Part shown: in pieces, positions 41,701-56,679 of the stretch
Position numbering within the stretch: position 1 is the first letter of the stretch
How the letters are laid out: each line of letters starts with the position of its first letter
NCBI GenBank assembly: GCA_964016885.1
Contig: OZ024759.1
Location: 23,250,001 to 23,314,000, forward strand
Source: Eledone cirrhosa
Lineage: Eukaryota
Direction of reading: 5' to 3'
Length of the DNA: 64,000 bases
The notes under the pieces: model-generated
Told to the model about the DNA's origin: nothing
What the model saw: only the letters and a program-made list of their open reading frames with translations
The model's database searches: none
Translations under genes and position numbers: made by a program

Positions 41701-44700
41701 TCTGTTGTGGGAAGTGACTGACAATACAAGAATCCCCACTGGACAAGATGCCATTCCATTGCAGGGTCAAAGTCTGTTGTGTGCCTGACAGTTCATCAGG
41801 CCAGTACTTATCTTAGTTTCCATGGCATGAAGGAACTGAAAGTACAAGACTCCTCCCTGATTGGTGGTTTTGTTTCATGGTATCAAAAGCCTTAAACATA
41901 ACAGAATCTCAAAATACAGAAAGCCTTATAACCCCTGAAATATTTAACCCCTTAACCCCTGATATTGAACTGCTTTATAAAAACTATAAGCATTAAATAA
42001 GTGTTATGGCTTAAAGAATTAAGAGTAGAACTAGAACACTTAACCCTTTCATTACCAAACCACTTGAAACCCATCCTCGTTTTATGGTACAAAACTATTT
42101 ATTTTAAAGTGTTTACATTTATCTAAAAACCTTCTATGGTAATTTCATACAAGTATCTTTGTTAACCCTTTAGCATTTAAACCAGGCCGTATCCAGCCAG
42201 AATTCTTTCACCCTTTTCTGTTTAAACTGGCCATAACCAGCTGCTCCTACTGATGTTAAGGAATTTTTCTCAAAATAAATAATATCAAAATCTCATAGAT
42301 ACGACATTATCTGAGATAATTATGTGAAATAAAGTTACTACCATGAAAAGATAATAATAAATTTAAAGTAATGTAAATGCTAAAGGATTAATTTATGTCC
42401 CAAATAATGACAAAGTTAAATTCAAAATAATTTTCAAAATTATTTCAAATTCACAAGCAATGTCTTTCCTTAAAAATATGGTAAGAAAAGGGCTAATACT
42501 TTGAAGATTTCTTACCATCTATCTTTTGCCACGTATCTTTAGACACTCCAACATTACAAACAAATGAAGCATTCCTTGGGTTCACAGCTGAGTCTTCATA
42601 ACATTCATTATTGATTTTGCAGATATCATTCTGAAACAGAGAACAATGAGTTTATAGATGTATGTATAAAATATTGTTATTTAGAATTATATATAAAGGC
42701 CTGAATGTTAACTGGGAAGATGTAGCTAAATATTATCTTCAATAAAATAACTTGTTATGGTATGAAACCAGCTGGTAGCCTGACATAATATGGTATAATA
42801 TCATAATATGTGTCCAAATAGCTCTTCAACAGATATAAAGTATACTGGGTTCATTTTTTCATTTCACCCGCACTACTAGTTTAAAGAATATGACGGGTAT
42901 GTTTTAACATTGTACCAGCAATACTACTTTATAGAGCGTACTGGGTGTATTTTATTTTGTATTTACTCTGTTCACATTATAATGATTGGAGGACTGTGAG
43001 ACTGTCAGGCATATTTTTTCTGAACACGTTATTAAAATAAGTTGGATTACTTTGAAGATATCATGAATGAATATTATGTAATTTATTTACTAAATTTCGT
43101 AGCTGTTGATTAAACATAAATATTCTTATATATAATGTATTTTAAGATTCACTTCTATAAAATTTTCAAATGTATTCCTTTCCGGTTAGCGTCCATTATA
43201 TCATAACACTTAGCCATACGCTATATCACATTGCTTATATAAACGTTCATATATTTGCATCATAACGGTTATATTTCCATCGCTAATTTTCTCCTGGTTC
43301 ATTTTCATAACATTTTGCTGTAATGCAGTTTATATATAATATCATCTTTTTTAAAATGTATCATGGATTACTTTACTGATTACAGAAGAGAGAGGGTAAC
43401 ACGGTCTCTCTTCAATTTCTGTGCATATTGTCAAGTACGATTTTATTTGACATATATCTACATGCATATATATTGGCATATAATATTGGTTCTACTTTTG
43501 GCACAAGGCCAGCAATTATCCCAGTGCATTACTGGTACTTTATTTTATCGACCCCCAGAAGGATGAAAGGCAAACTTAACCTCGGCGGGATTTGAACTCA
43601 GACCGTAGAGGGACATAACTCTATGCTGGAAAGCATGGCATCCGACCCTCTACCGATACTGCCAATCCACCATCCTATTTGTGTATAATATTAATATGCA
43701 CACTACACATGCTAGCAGAAAACCACCCGAAGTGTGGTTTTTCTGCTAGTATATATAATCTTCAGTTAAACATTGCTACTTACCCTTTCTGAACACTTTT
43801 CTTCTGTACAGATCTCACAAAGTGAATTAAAGGTTACTAACATAAATCTATTTGACCAGGTGTTATTGTTATTGCTCACAGAAACTTCAAATACTTTATC
43901 TAATTGCATTTCACATTCAACTTGTTCTTCAGACACATAATTAGCATCTATGAAATTATATTGTTCAGTTGATTCAAATCCACTTTGAGTTTTCTGTTAA
44001 AGGAAATAAAAATTCTAAGTTAATACTGGAATGAGAACAGAACAAAAAATGTCTATGTAATAAAAGACCAATAAGTTTCAAGACAAATAAAGCAAAACTT
44101 AGTAATGTTTTACCCAATATATTTCAACATGATATTTCAGGGTTGGAGTTTGTTTATGTTTTCTGCTTCTGTAATCAGTTGGAGTATTGGGCTTCTTCTG
44201 TGTGTGGATATAATTTTTATTTCTATCTTGTCTGTCCCATTTTGGCATGTTGGTGGAGGACTGATGAGTTTTTCCTACCCTAGAGTTCTCACCAGTGTTC
44301 ATTTATCCTTATTCCTATGCTATGGGCCATCACATCTATATAAGTTGCGTTCCTATTCCTAAACTGTCCCTCCGTACATCTTATGCTATATACTATCTCC
44401 CTAGTTTTGCAGTTAATCTGTGGGCTTAATTTGCACACTAGTGTGTGTGTGTGTGAAGGCATGTGGCTTTGTGGTAGGGTATTCAGCTTGCAATCGTAAG
44501 GTAATGAGTTCGATTCCAGGCAGTGCATTTGTCCTTGAGCAAGACACTTTACTTCATGTTGCTTCAGTCCTCTTAGCTGGTAAAAATGAGTTGTATCTGT
44601 AAATCAAAAGACCAACTTTGTCACATTCTGTGTCACACTGAATTTCCCTGAGTATTACATTAAGGGTATGTATATCTGTGAAATGCTCAGCCACTTGCAT

Positions 44701-47700
44701 GCTAATTTCAAGCAAGTTATTCTGTTGGTTGGATCAATTAGAACACTCATCATCGTAACCGATGGAGTGCTAGTATACATCATCATCATTTTATGTCCAC
44801 TTTTCCCTGCTTGCAAGGGTGGGACGGGAACTGATTCTGGCTTGATTTCTACAGCTGGATGCCGTTTCTAACACCAACCTTATTTACAGTGAGTGCTGGG
44901 TGCTTTTTTCCGTGGCGCCTACACGACCACTTTGCAGTGGACTGATAGGGACCCCAGTCCTATCATCTCATTTCTACAGCTGAGTAAACTGGAGCAATAT
45001 GAAATATATATATCATCATCATCACCGTTTTACGTCCGTTCTTCCATGCTAGCATGGGTATAACCTTCAACCGTCAAGGTTTTTCTATGGGTATGTCAAC
45101 ATTTATAAAACATAAATATATTGAATATTAACTCCAGTAATCTGTTGAGTGCTTTATATCAGTTATAAAACTTTTAAGCTTGTTGAATCCCAACAAATTA
45201 AATATAACTTCTGCATATATATATATATATATATATATCATCATCATCATCATCATCAAGGTTTAGCGTCCGTGTTCCACGCTTGCATGGGTTTGGATGG
45301 GGGTTTTCCCACTTGAGGCAAGAGTGGTTGTCTTGCTCGCATAGGACTGTCTGGCGGGTTTTCTACAGCTGGATGCCCTTCCTAACACCAACCACATTTA
45401 CAGTGTGGGGCTGGGAGGTTTTTACCGTGTAGGTAAATATATATACAGTTGTCTCCCGGGTAACGTTCCTAGAGCACTCACGAAGAGTGAAAAACCGGGA
45501 ACATTGGACGTGGTCCACAAAAATGACTATAGACATCAAAACTTAATGTAAAATATAGGCCAGCAAATACGGTATACTGTTATTAATAATTTAGCATTAA
45601 AAAGTTTGAAAAAATATATATTGCCACAAAAAAAGGCATTAAAAAATCATGGAAGATATTTACAATTCCGTGAATATGTGGTGGTTTGCGCAAACATTTA
45701 TTAGTTAGTTTCTAAGGAAAATTCCACGAATAATCGGGATCGTGAATGCCGGGACTGCAAATGTCAGGGGCACACTGTATATGTAATAGGAATTTAGAGC
45801 AATACAATATCATCATCATCATTTTATGTCCGCTTTTCACTGCTTGCAAGGGTTGGACGGGTCCTATTCACCACAACATCTCTCCACTTGTCACGGTCCT
45901 TCGTCATCTCCTCCGTGAGTTTCATTGATCTGAGGTCTGCTCTCACCACCTCTGCCCATGTTTTTCGTAGTCTACCTCTACTGCGTTTTCCTTCTACTGG
46001 GATTTCTTGGCACTTCTTTACCCAGTGGTCATCCTCCAATACTACATACAATAAACAACAACAGAAAATAACATATTGTAAAAAATAATAGATATTTACC
46101 TTCATCTCTCGAATGCGGCACATCAAGGTATCGGAGTCTATGAAGCCTGTACCAGTAATTACCAGAAACAACTTCATCTTCTTTCTCTTCAGCTTCAGGG
46201 TATCAATGAGGGTGGTCCTCTGGAGAACAGTGGGGGGTTCATTCTTCTTGAGTGAACAATCGGCTCCAGTAAAGTCATCGGAACATTGACAAACCCCTAG
46301 AATTGATACATAAATAGATTATACTTTACATTAATGAGATAATTTGAACGACTGTGGTTAACTGGTTAGGGATAGGGTTAACAATCATAAGGTCATGTTT
46401 CAATTACTGGACTAGTTTAGTTATCCTTCATGTCATTGCTCTACACTATATTTAAACATCCTGTTCCACATGAAACCACATGTGTGTGTATTTGTACATG
46501 TGTGTGTGTGTAATGTCTGTGAAGGCACGTGGCTAAAACCAGTAAAAGAAGGTGGTGCCCCAGCATGGCCACAGTCTAACGAGTGAAACCAGTAAAAGAA
46601 TGTAGTGCCCCAGCATGGCCACAGTCTGATGACTGAAACCAGTAAAAGAATGTAGTGCCCCAGCATGGCCACAGTCTGACGACTGAAACCAGTAAAAGAA
46701 TGTAGTGCCCCAGCATGGCCACAGTCTGACGACTGAAACCAGTAAAAGAATGTAGTGCCCCAGCATGGCCACAGTCTGACAACTGAAACCAGTAAAAGAA
46801 TGTGGTGCCCCAGCATGGCCACAGTCTAATGACTGAAACCAGTAAAAGAATGTAGTGCCCCAGCATGGCCACAGTCTGACGACTGAAACCAGTAAAAGAA
46901 TGTAGTGCCCCAGCATGGCCACAGTCTGACGACTGAAACCAGTAAAAGACTAAAAGTCAAAACAACAAACCATTCAAACATTTTCCTCTTTTGTTACAAT
47001 CATTGATACAGAGTCCTTTGGTGAAATTATCTGGTAGTTTCACATCTCCTTCTTCTGTCTTCTCCCAGAGTTTAGGGTCAGTTGTTAGAGCTATCATACA
47101 CACTTCTTTGAGACTCTTCAATGCTGTCTGTCGCCAAACTAAATTACCCGTTAGCTAGAAGAATAACAAGAAAGATAAAGGAAAAAAGAAAATGATTTAT
47201 TCATGCTGTTGTTGATATTGCAGATAGGAAGAGCATTGGGCTATAGAAAACTGACTAAACAAAGAGTAGAGATGACATTTTAGTTGTGTCAATGGATACA
47301 ACTACTTCTCTAATGTTGGTGATCATCATCATCATCATCATCATTTCATTTTTCGTCCGCTTTTTCCCTGCTTGCAAGGGTGGGACGGGAACTGATTCTG
47401 GCTTGATTTCTACAGCTGGATGCCCTTCCTAACACCAACCTCATTTACAGTGAGTGCTGGGTGCTTTTTTGCCGTGGCACCTACAGGACCACTTTGCAAT
47501 GGAATGATAGGGACCCCAGTCCCTATCATCTCATTTCTACAGCTGAGTAAACTGGAGCAATGTGAAATAAAGTGTCTTGCTCAAGGAAACAGACACTTTA
47601 TTTCACATTGCTCCAGTTTGATCTACATGATAATTGCTCCCTGACTACTTTCTGTAGAGTAGTTGGTGAGCTGGAGCAGATATACAGACTAAGATCTGGT

Positions 47701-50700
47701 GTTGGACGTACAAAAGTCACTTGCAAGATGTGGATATTTAAAGGATGGGGACATTGTGTGTGACTGCGGCATTGAACCACAGACTATATAGCACCTCCTG
47801 ATATGCCCCCCTCCTGGAACATCCCTGCAAAGCATTGAACTTGGTAGAGTTTAATGAGAAAGGACAGCAATGTATTCAGCTCTGGTGGAACCACATCTAG
47901 TCAAGCTTTGTAACTGACACTCTTGTGGACACGACAAGAAGAAGAACTGTACATTAGATAATATAGTCCTAGATACACTATGTCTGATAGCAACTAATAC
48001 TAACTACTGTACTGATCATCATCATCATCATCATTTTACGTCCACTTTTCCCTGCTTGCAAGGGTGGGACAGGTCCTATTCAGCACAACATCTTTCCACT
48101 TGTCACGGTCCTTTGTCATCTCCACCGTGAGCTTCAGCGATCTGAGGTCTGCTCATACCACCTCCACCCATGTTTTTCGTGGTCTTCCTCTACTGCATCT
48201 TCCTTCAACTGGCATTTCTTGGCACTTCTTTACCTAGTGGTCATCCTCCATGCACATCACATGTCCATACCATCACAGTCTTATCTCCCACACACTACAA
48301 CTTATCCCTCTTAAAGACAGTTTCTCTCTCAACACATTCATGCCCGGTTGTTCATGTTCATTGACATTGCACATCCAGCCATCGCATATCTTCTGCAGTT
48401 GCTGCCCATGTCTCACTATTGTACATGTAAAAGTCACTCTTGCAAAATGTGGATATTTAAAGGATGGGGACATTGTGTGTGACTGCGGCATCGAACCACA
48501 GACTATGCAGCACCTCCTGATATGACCTCTCCTGGAATACCCCTACAAATCATTGAATTTGGTAGAGTTTAATGAGAAAGGACAGCAATGTATTCAGCTC
48601 TGGTGGAACCACATCTAGTCAAGGTTTGTAACTGACATGCTTGTAGACACAACAAGAAGAGGTTGGTGATAGGAAGGATATTGAGCTATAGAAAACTTGC
48701 TAAACAAAGAGCAAGGCGGACTGTCCTGTTGTATCAAAAGACATGACAACCTCCTTAGTGTTGGCAATCTACACAATAAATGCACCCAGACTACTTTCTG
48801 TAAAGCATCCAGATATAGAAAACTTGCCAAACAAAGAATAAAGAGGACTCTCGAGTTTTTTTAAAGATTTGACTACATCTTTAGTGTTGGTGATCTACAT
48901 GATAAATGCACCCACTACTTTCTGTAAAGTAGATGGTGACAGGAAAGGTATCCTTCTATAGAAAACTTGCCAAACAACGAATAGAGAGAACTGTTCAGTT
49001 GTGTCAAAGACCTGACTAGCTCTCTTTAGATCAGGTGTAACAATACAATAACAGCTCAATCTGTAGAGTATGAGAACATATATAAAGAAGATGTGTCCCT
49101 AATCCATCTAAAAAATCAGTGGCTATGATTAAGAAATGATTTGGTCTGAAACGACCTCTCCATCACTTGTTAGAAAGGAAATCATGATTTTATATAAGAA
49201 TCATATATTAAGTTACTATCATATTAATGAAATAATAATTTTAGTAAATCTCTCTAAATTCGTCATTAACTCTTTTGATACAAAACTAGCTCTGGTTCTG
49301 TTTAACAAAATCACCCATTTTAAAGGCTTCCTATTTAAATCAAAATCTTACAAAAATTTATATATGAACCCTATGTTAAAGTACTATTTTAGTAATGGTA
49401 AAATTAATAATTTTATTAAAGATCTCAAAATTCTTCATTAATTAATTGAAATACTGTGTATTTCATTAGAAATGTGGTCAAGAAAAAATTAAGTAAAAAA
49501 GCTACATACATGTAAATCTACTGAACAAGATTGTATATAAGACTGAATGTTGATAGATGGCAATTTCTGGCAGGCTTTAGCAGCTTCACTTTCTACAAGG
49601 AATTCTCTACAGTAAGTATTGGCCTGAACTTTGCTGATATTGCTTGCAAGATCCTAGAAGAAAGCAAAACAAAACAAAAAACAAAACAATAAAAATTAAA
49701 GCTAAAAAATATGAGAAAATATTGATTATGTATGGCTGAACTTAATCATACTTATTATTCAGAACCCTCCATCCCCACAAAAAGTATTCTGAAGAAATTA
49801 TCTAAAATCAAAGAATTGCCTGAAATCAGTCCTGGTTCTATAATACAAAGCTGTTTGTTTTAAAGGGATGAGAAATTCTCAGGAGAGCTGAATAGCAGAA
49901 GGTCTTCAAAAAAGATGCTTCCCCTCCCATCAAGCAAGTGCTTAACCCTTTAGTTACCAACCTGGTCAAAACAAGGTCTGGTTCTATTAAATAAAACCAC
50001 CCAATTTTAAAGGTTTCCAATTTAGATTAAAATCTTCCAACATAAATTTATATAAGCACCTTATATTAAGTTATTATTTTAGCAATGAAATAATTAAAAA
50101 TTTTAGGAAATCCCACAAAAATTCTTCATTAATTAATTCAAATAGACTGTATTTCATTAGAAATGCAATCATGAAAGGATTAAGGGCCGAAACATTTGCT
50201 TGAAAGGGGGTTTCCTCTCTGAAGACTTTCTGCTGACCAGCTCTGCTGAGCGTTTCTTACCGCTTTAAAACAAATAGCTTTGTATTGTACGTAAACCAAA
50301 TTGAAGATAGCAAATTTGGCTTTTACGCCTACCTCCCTTCTTCTGATTATTGAATGCTGAAGCTGGCACCAGCTTTTGCAATTCTTGCACTTAATTCACC
50401 CTCCTGCCCCAAGATACCCTTACCTATGGTCATGAATCTTGGGTAATGACTGAATGAATACAATCGTGAATACAAGCAGCCAAAATGGTTCCGAGTGGTT
50501 TTTGAAGTAATGTTACTCGATAAAGTGCATAGCTCGGAGATCAGTGAGTCACTCCAGGTAGAGCCACTACTTCTCTGTATTGAGAGATCACAGCTCCGAT
50601 ACTATGGACATGTGGTTAGAATGTCTCAGGAAAGAATCGCAAGACAGATTTTACAGGCAAAACCAACTGGCATGGATAACATCCTTGAGCTTGGCTGGTC

Positions 50701-52374
50701 TTGCTTGGGCATCCAGCTGGATCAGTTGGAGATGGTTGCTTCTGACAGGGCCAACTGGAAGGAGTGCTTGAGGACTCTGCCCCCACGACTCTCTCAGGAA
50801 TAAGTGGGCAGAGAAGAAAAAGTTTTGTATCATAGAACCAGGGCTGGTATCAGATGGGTTTTTATCAAAAAGGTTTAACAATTATAATTCCGTTTTTTAT
50901 TTTTACATTTATTTTCTTAAAAAAAAAAAAGTATCTAAAAAAATCAGCTATCATAATTGTTTCTACTTTAGGCACAAGGCCAGCAATTACCCAGTACATT
51001 ACTGGTACTTTATTTTATCGACCCCGTAAGGATGAAAGGCAAAGTTAACCTCGGCGGCATTTGAACTCAGACTGTAAAGGTACGTAACTATGCTAGAAAG
51101 CATGGCATCCAACCCTCTACCGATACTGCCAATTCACCACCCTCAGCTATCATAATATTATATAATAAACATCATAATATTATGTAATAAACATCATAAT
51201 ATTATGTAATAAGCATCATAATAATATTATATAATAAACATCATAATATTATATAATAAACATCATACTATTATGTAATAAACATCATAATATTATATAA
51301 TAAACATCATAATATTATGTAATAAACATCACAATATTATGTAATAAACATCATAATATTATGTAATAAACTTTGTTATAAGTAAGTTTGTTTTGAAACA
51401 GCAAGTAGTTTGAAATTAGTAGAAATAGAAGTTTCGCCATATTTTTTACTAAAGAAATTTTAGCCTGATAGTGGGATTTAGAACCCTCTAAAGAATGGAA
51501 AAGGATGTGTATTGACGTACATTGATGTCAATATTCATCCTTTTCCATTTTTTTTTAGGGTATTAAAACCCCACTATCAGGCTAACATTTCTTTAGTCAA
51601 AAATACGGCGAATGTTTCTATTTCTACTAAACTTTGTTTTGTTATGTTCCAAACATAACACTGACCAATGACATCCATTGCAATAGCCACCAAACCTCAC
51701 AGGGATCCTTTCTCAGACAGTCTGCTGACATTCTGATTTTATGGAGGAGCTGAGCTGTACGGTGTCTGAGGACACCTGATGTAAATCAAATAATAAGTGT
51801 GTTTGAAAACTTACATCAGCAACATATGTGTCATTGTATTCGAAAATTATTTGTGGTTGCACTGTGTCACATTTCTTTGATTCCTTGGCATGTTTTATCA
51901 AAACTGGAGTTATGTCTTTTACACCTGAAATTTTACAAAATAAAAAAAAAGTTTCAATATATAATAATTTCTAGTTTAGACACAAGGCCAGTAATTTGGG
52001 GGGGAAGCGAAGTCGATTATATCAACCCCAGTACGTGACTGGTACTTTATTTTATCGAGCCCCGTAAGGATGAAAGGCAAAGTTAACCTCGGCGGCATTT
52101 GAACTCAGAACGTAAAGGTGCATAACTCTCTGCCGCGAAGCCTGTTGTCCGACACTCTACCGATACTGCCAATCTATATATAATGGCAGTACTCCAGCAT
52201 CATAATGATGATCATCATGATGATGATGATGATGATCATGATCATGATCATGATGATGACAATGTTTATAGACTGATCATGATGGTGATGATGATGATGA
52301 TGATGGTGATGGTGATAATGATGATCACACTGATAATGATGATAATGATGTTGACGATAATAATAATGATGATG

Positions 52375-52406
<32 letters not shown>

Positions 52407-52455
52407 CACACTGATAATGATGATAATGATGTTGACGATAATAATAATGATGATG

Positions 52456-52487
<32 letters not shown>

Positions 52488-52533
52488 CACACTGATAATG
52501 ATGATAATGATGTTGACGATAATAATGATGATG

Positions 52534-52565
<32 letters not shown>

Positions 52566-52602
52566 CACACTGATAATGATGATAATGATGTTGACGATAA
52601 TA

Positions 52603-52667
<65 letters not shown>

Positions 52668-55600
52668 AGGTAAAGCCATTTTCAATGTAATTTACCCCTG
52701 CGTTTTTGTTTTGGACTGTCTTCACAGTTGATAATATCCATATTGAGGCCACAAACAGATTCTTTGCCTTCAACACAATGACAGTAAGTTTCCCCTGATA
52801 TCGTTAGGTTAGCTTCAGGACAATAACCATTGTATAAAGTATCTTCCTTTTTCACTCTATAAAAGAAATAATAATAATAATAATAATAGTAATCATTTCA
52901 TCATCATTTTCATTTCATTTTACGTCCGCTTTTCCCTGCTTGCAAGGGTGGGACGGGAACTGATTCTGGCTTGATTTCTACAGCTGGATGCCCTTCCTAA
53001 CACCAACCTCATTTACAGTGAGTGCTGGGTGCTTTTTTTGCCGTGGGACCTCCACGACCACTTTGCAGTGGAATGATATGGACCCCAGTCTCTATCATCT
53101 CATTTCTACAGCTGAGTAAACTGGAGCAATGTGAAATAAAGTGTCTTGCTCAAGGAAACAACACATCACCCAGTCTGAGAATTGAAATCACAACCTTTCG
53201 ATTGCAAGGCCAATGCTCTAACCACTAAGCCATGTGCCTCCATAATAATAATAATAATCTCAAAAAGTTTCCAGGGATGGTTAAAGAATATTGGCCCCGC
53301 CACACTTTTTGGAACGCTTCAAAAGGCATGCTTGCTGGGAACAGCAAGAACCCTCCGATACGTCCTGAATATCTGAGACTGCAGGTAGCGACTTGATATT
53401 CATTTCAACAAACTTTCCAGTTAAATAACATCAATGACTGAGACTCAAAGAACAATAATAATAATATTAATAATAATAATAATAATTGTTTCTACTTTTG
53501 GCACAAGGCCAGCAATTATCCCAGTGTATTACTGGTACTTTATTTTATCAACCCCTTAAGGATGAAAGGCAAAGTCAACCTCGGCGGGTTTTGAACTCAG
53601 TCCGTAAAGGGACGTAACTGTGCTGCAAAGCATGGTGTCTGACCCTCTACCAATACTGCCAATCCATAATGGTTTCTTATATAGGCACAAGGCCAGCAAT
53701 TTTTTGGGAGAGGGGCAAGTCGATTATATCGACCCCAGTGCATGACTGGTACACTATTTTATCGACCCCGTAAGGATGAAGGGCAAAGTTAACCGCAGTG
53801 GGATTTGAACTCAGACCGTAAAGGACCGTAACTCTTTGCTGCAAAGCATGGCGTCCAAGCCTCTACCGATACTGCCAATCTACCGCCCTCACCCTATAAA
53901 AGAAATAATAATTGTTTCTATATTAGGCACAAGGCCAACAATTACCCAGTACATTACTGGTACTTTATTTTATCGACACCGTAAAGATGAAAGGCAAAGT
54001 TAACCTCGGCGGGATTTGAACCATAAAGGGCCGTAACTCTATGCTGCAAAGCATGGCGTCCGACCCTCTACTGATATAATAATGGTGTCTGATTTTTGGA
54101 GGAATATACAGACTTTGGGGTAGAGAGGATATGGAGAGGAGGAGATAGGGGTGAGGAGAGATGAGAGTCGGAGAGAGAGATAGATAGATGGGCAGGTAGA
54201 TAGATAGAGAGGAGAAGAGAGAAAAAAGGGGGAGGTATAGATAAGAAGGAATAAAGATAGAGATAGAGATAGCTAGGTAGGTAGAGAGAGAAAGAGAGAC
54301 AGACAGAGATTGATAGATAGAGAGAGAAAGAAGAGAGGGTGAGAGGGGTGAGAGTGAGAGGGGTGAGGGGTGAGAGAGGTGAGGGGGGGGGGGCAGAGAG
54401 AAAGGGGAGGCAGAGAGAGATAAAAAGAATTATTAACTCACCTCCAGCTCAGAGAAAATGGTTTAGGACGTTTAGCTTTGGTGACATATATTGTTCCATT
54501 GGGAAAGCGAAGGTCATTGTTTCTGTTGTTGTCGTAAAGACCACACAATCCTGACAGTAGAAAACAATACATTAATGAAAGAATGTTACAAAACCAGAGA
54601 TAGACTTAACCCCTTTGGACCAATTGCTTCCAACTGGACCCTTACACCAAAGGGTGCCATGTACATATATTTGTTTCTACTTTTGGCACAAGGGCAGCAA
54701 TTATCCCAGTACATTACTGGTACTTTATCTTACTGACCCTGTAAGGATGAAAGGCAAAGTTAACCTCGTCGAGATTTGAACTCAGAATGGCAAGGGCCAT
54801 AACTCTATATGTCGAAGCATGGCGTCTGACCCTCTACCGATACTGCCAATCCACTGCCAATCATATAATGAAAAGAAAATCCTTTTTGGGTGTTATGAAG
54901 GGCATCCAGACATGGAAACCATGCTAAAACCAGAACATAGCTGAGTGAGAGGTTGGCCCACAGCCCATTGGTGAGAGTATAGTAGCCCTGATTAAGTACT
55001 GACTTGGTCCAAGACAGCCTGTCCAACTTATGCCAAACTTTTTATTCTCTTCTTTGTAAAGAGTGTACCATACTTTTTTCCTTTATGCCTCTTTTTTATA
55101 TTTCAAATTTATATATGGTTAGAGAAATATATGATAGGGGGGAAAGAAACAAAACAAAAACTTAAAACAACTGATGTTAAATAAAGGTTTCTGATCTAGA
55201 TGCAAGGCCAACAATTTTGGGGAAGGGAGGGTAAAGTTAATTAACCCTTTAGCATTTACATTACTCTTTATTTACTATTTTGAACTCAGGATGCAATTAT
55301 GGCCAGTTTGAACTGAAAGAAGTGAGAGAATTCTGGCCAAATATGACCGGTTTAAATGCTAAAGGGTTAAATCAACCCCAGTACATTACTGGTATTTATT
55401 TCAAGAATGAAAGGCAAAGCTAATCTCGGCAGAATTTGAACTCAGGACGCAAAGGGATGTAACGATATCCTGTGAAGCATATTGTCCGACATTTTACCGA
55501 TACTGCCAATACACTGCCATAATGTTAAATAATAATGATAATGATGATGATGATCTCTGAATATACCCTTACCTTCAGTGTGGTTGTAGTCAACAGCAGA

Positions 55601-56392
55601 AGCTTTAAATATTACATTCAAAAATCCATAATGAGAGGTGATAACAACTGCTGCTCCAGTGGGTAATTGTACCTTGAAAAGAATTAAAACATTTTTTTGG
55701 TTTAACACTTTAGAATTTACATTACTCTATATATTCTATAGGAGGCGCATGGCTTAGTGGTTAAAGCATTGGGCTTGTAATCGAAAGGTTGTGAGTTCAA
55801 TTCTCGGACCAGGTGATGAGTTGTTTCCTTGAGCAAGACACTTTATTTCACATTGCTCCAGTTTACTCAGCTGTAGAAATGAGATGATAGGGACTGGGGT
55901 CGCTATCATTAAATCACATAAGGCACCCCCAATGAGATATACTTTGGAGAAGGCCAGCTAAACCTGCATAGGTGAGCTGTCACACACATATATACTATAG
56001 TATTTTCACAGTAAAGGTTTTACTTCACATAATATCGAATCTATGAGATTTTGATATTAATTATTTTCAGAACAATACCTTAACATCAGCATGAGCAGCC
56101 AATTACGGCCATTTTGAATAGAAAGAGGTAGAGAATTCTGGTCGGATATGGCTGGTTTAAATGCTAAAGGGTTAAATTAACATGCTTTATTGGTGAGTAC
56201 ATGTTTTATCTTGGATAGTGAAAGATAAACTGTGATAAACTGGGTTGTATTGCACCAGTACCCCCAAATGGGCCCCAAAGAACCTCAGGGCCAGGTTCCA
56301 TTTCTCTTCACAACAACCATCACAGGTTCTATTCCCATCACTCTTCTGTCATTCATTGTTTTAACCCCCTCCCCCCTCTTTCTCTCACACAC

Positions 56393-56426
<34 letters not shown>

Positions 56427-56643
56427 GTATATATATGTGTATATATATATGTGTATATATATGTGTATATATATATATATATATGTGTGTATATATATCA
56501 TCATCATCACCATTTTACGTCCATTCTTCCACGCTGGCATGGGTTAGACGGGTTGTCCTGTTGTGGGCAATGTTAGGTCGGGTGTCCTTGTCTTGCTCTC
56601 TGGGAACTGATATATATATATATATGTGTGTGTATATATATAT

Positions 56644-56679
<36 letters not shown>

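Noticed and set aside
46433-46950. CRISPR-like regular repeats (also 23570-24297 and 39060-39770)
   Set aside because: Head-to-tail tandem units with no unique spacers, no cas genes, and a eukaryotic intron context.
50183-50265. Possible hammerhead (GGGCCGAAACATT) at a Penelope-like terminus
   Set aside because: The upstream CUGANGA half is missing, so it is at most a remnant.
52174-52776. His-rich, poly-Met and poly-Ile ORFs
   Set aside because: Translations of an intronic (GAT)n microsatellite. The real exon at 52696-52856 is in another frame and ends at a GT donor.
55741-55815. tRNA-like sequences with A and B boxes
   Set aside because: They are SINE heads that continue into CORE and tail sequence, with no convincing complete cloverleaf.
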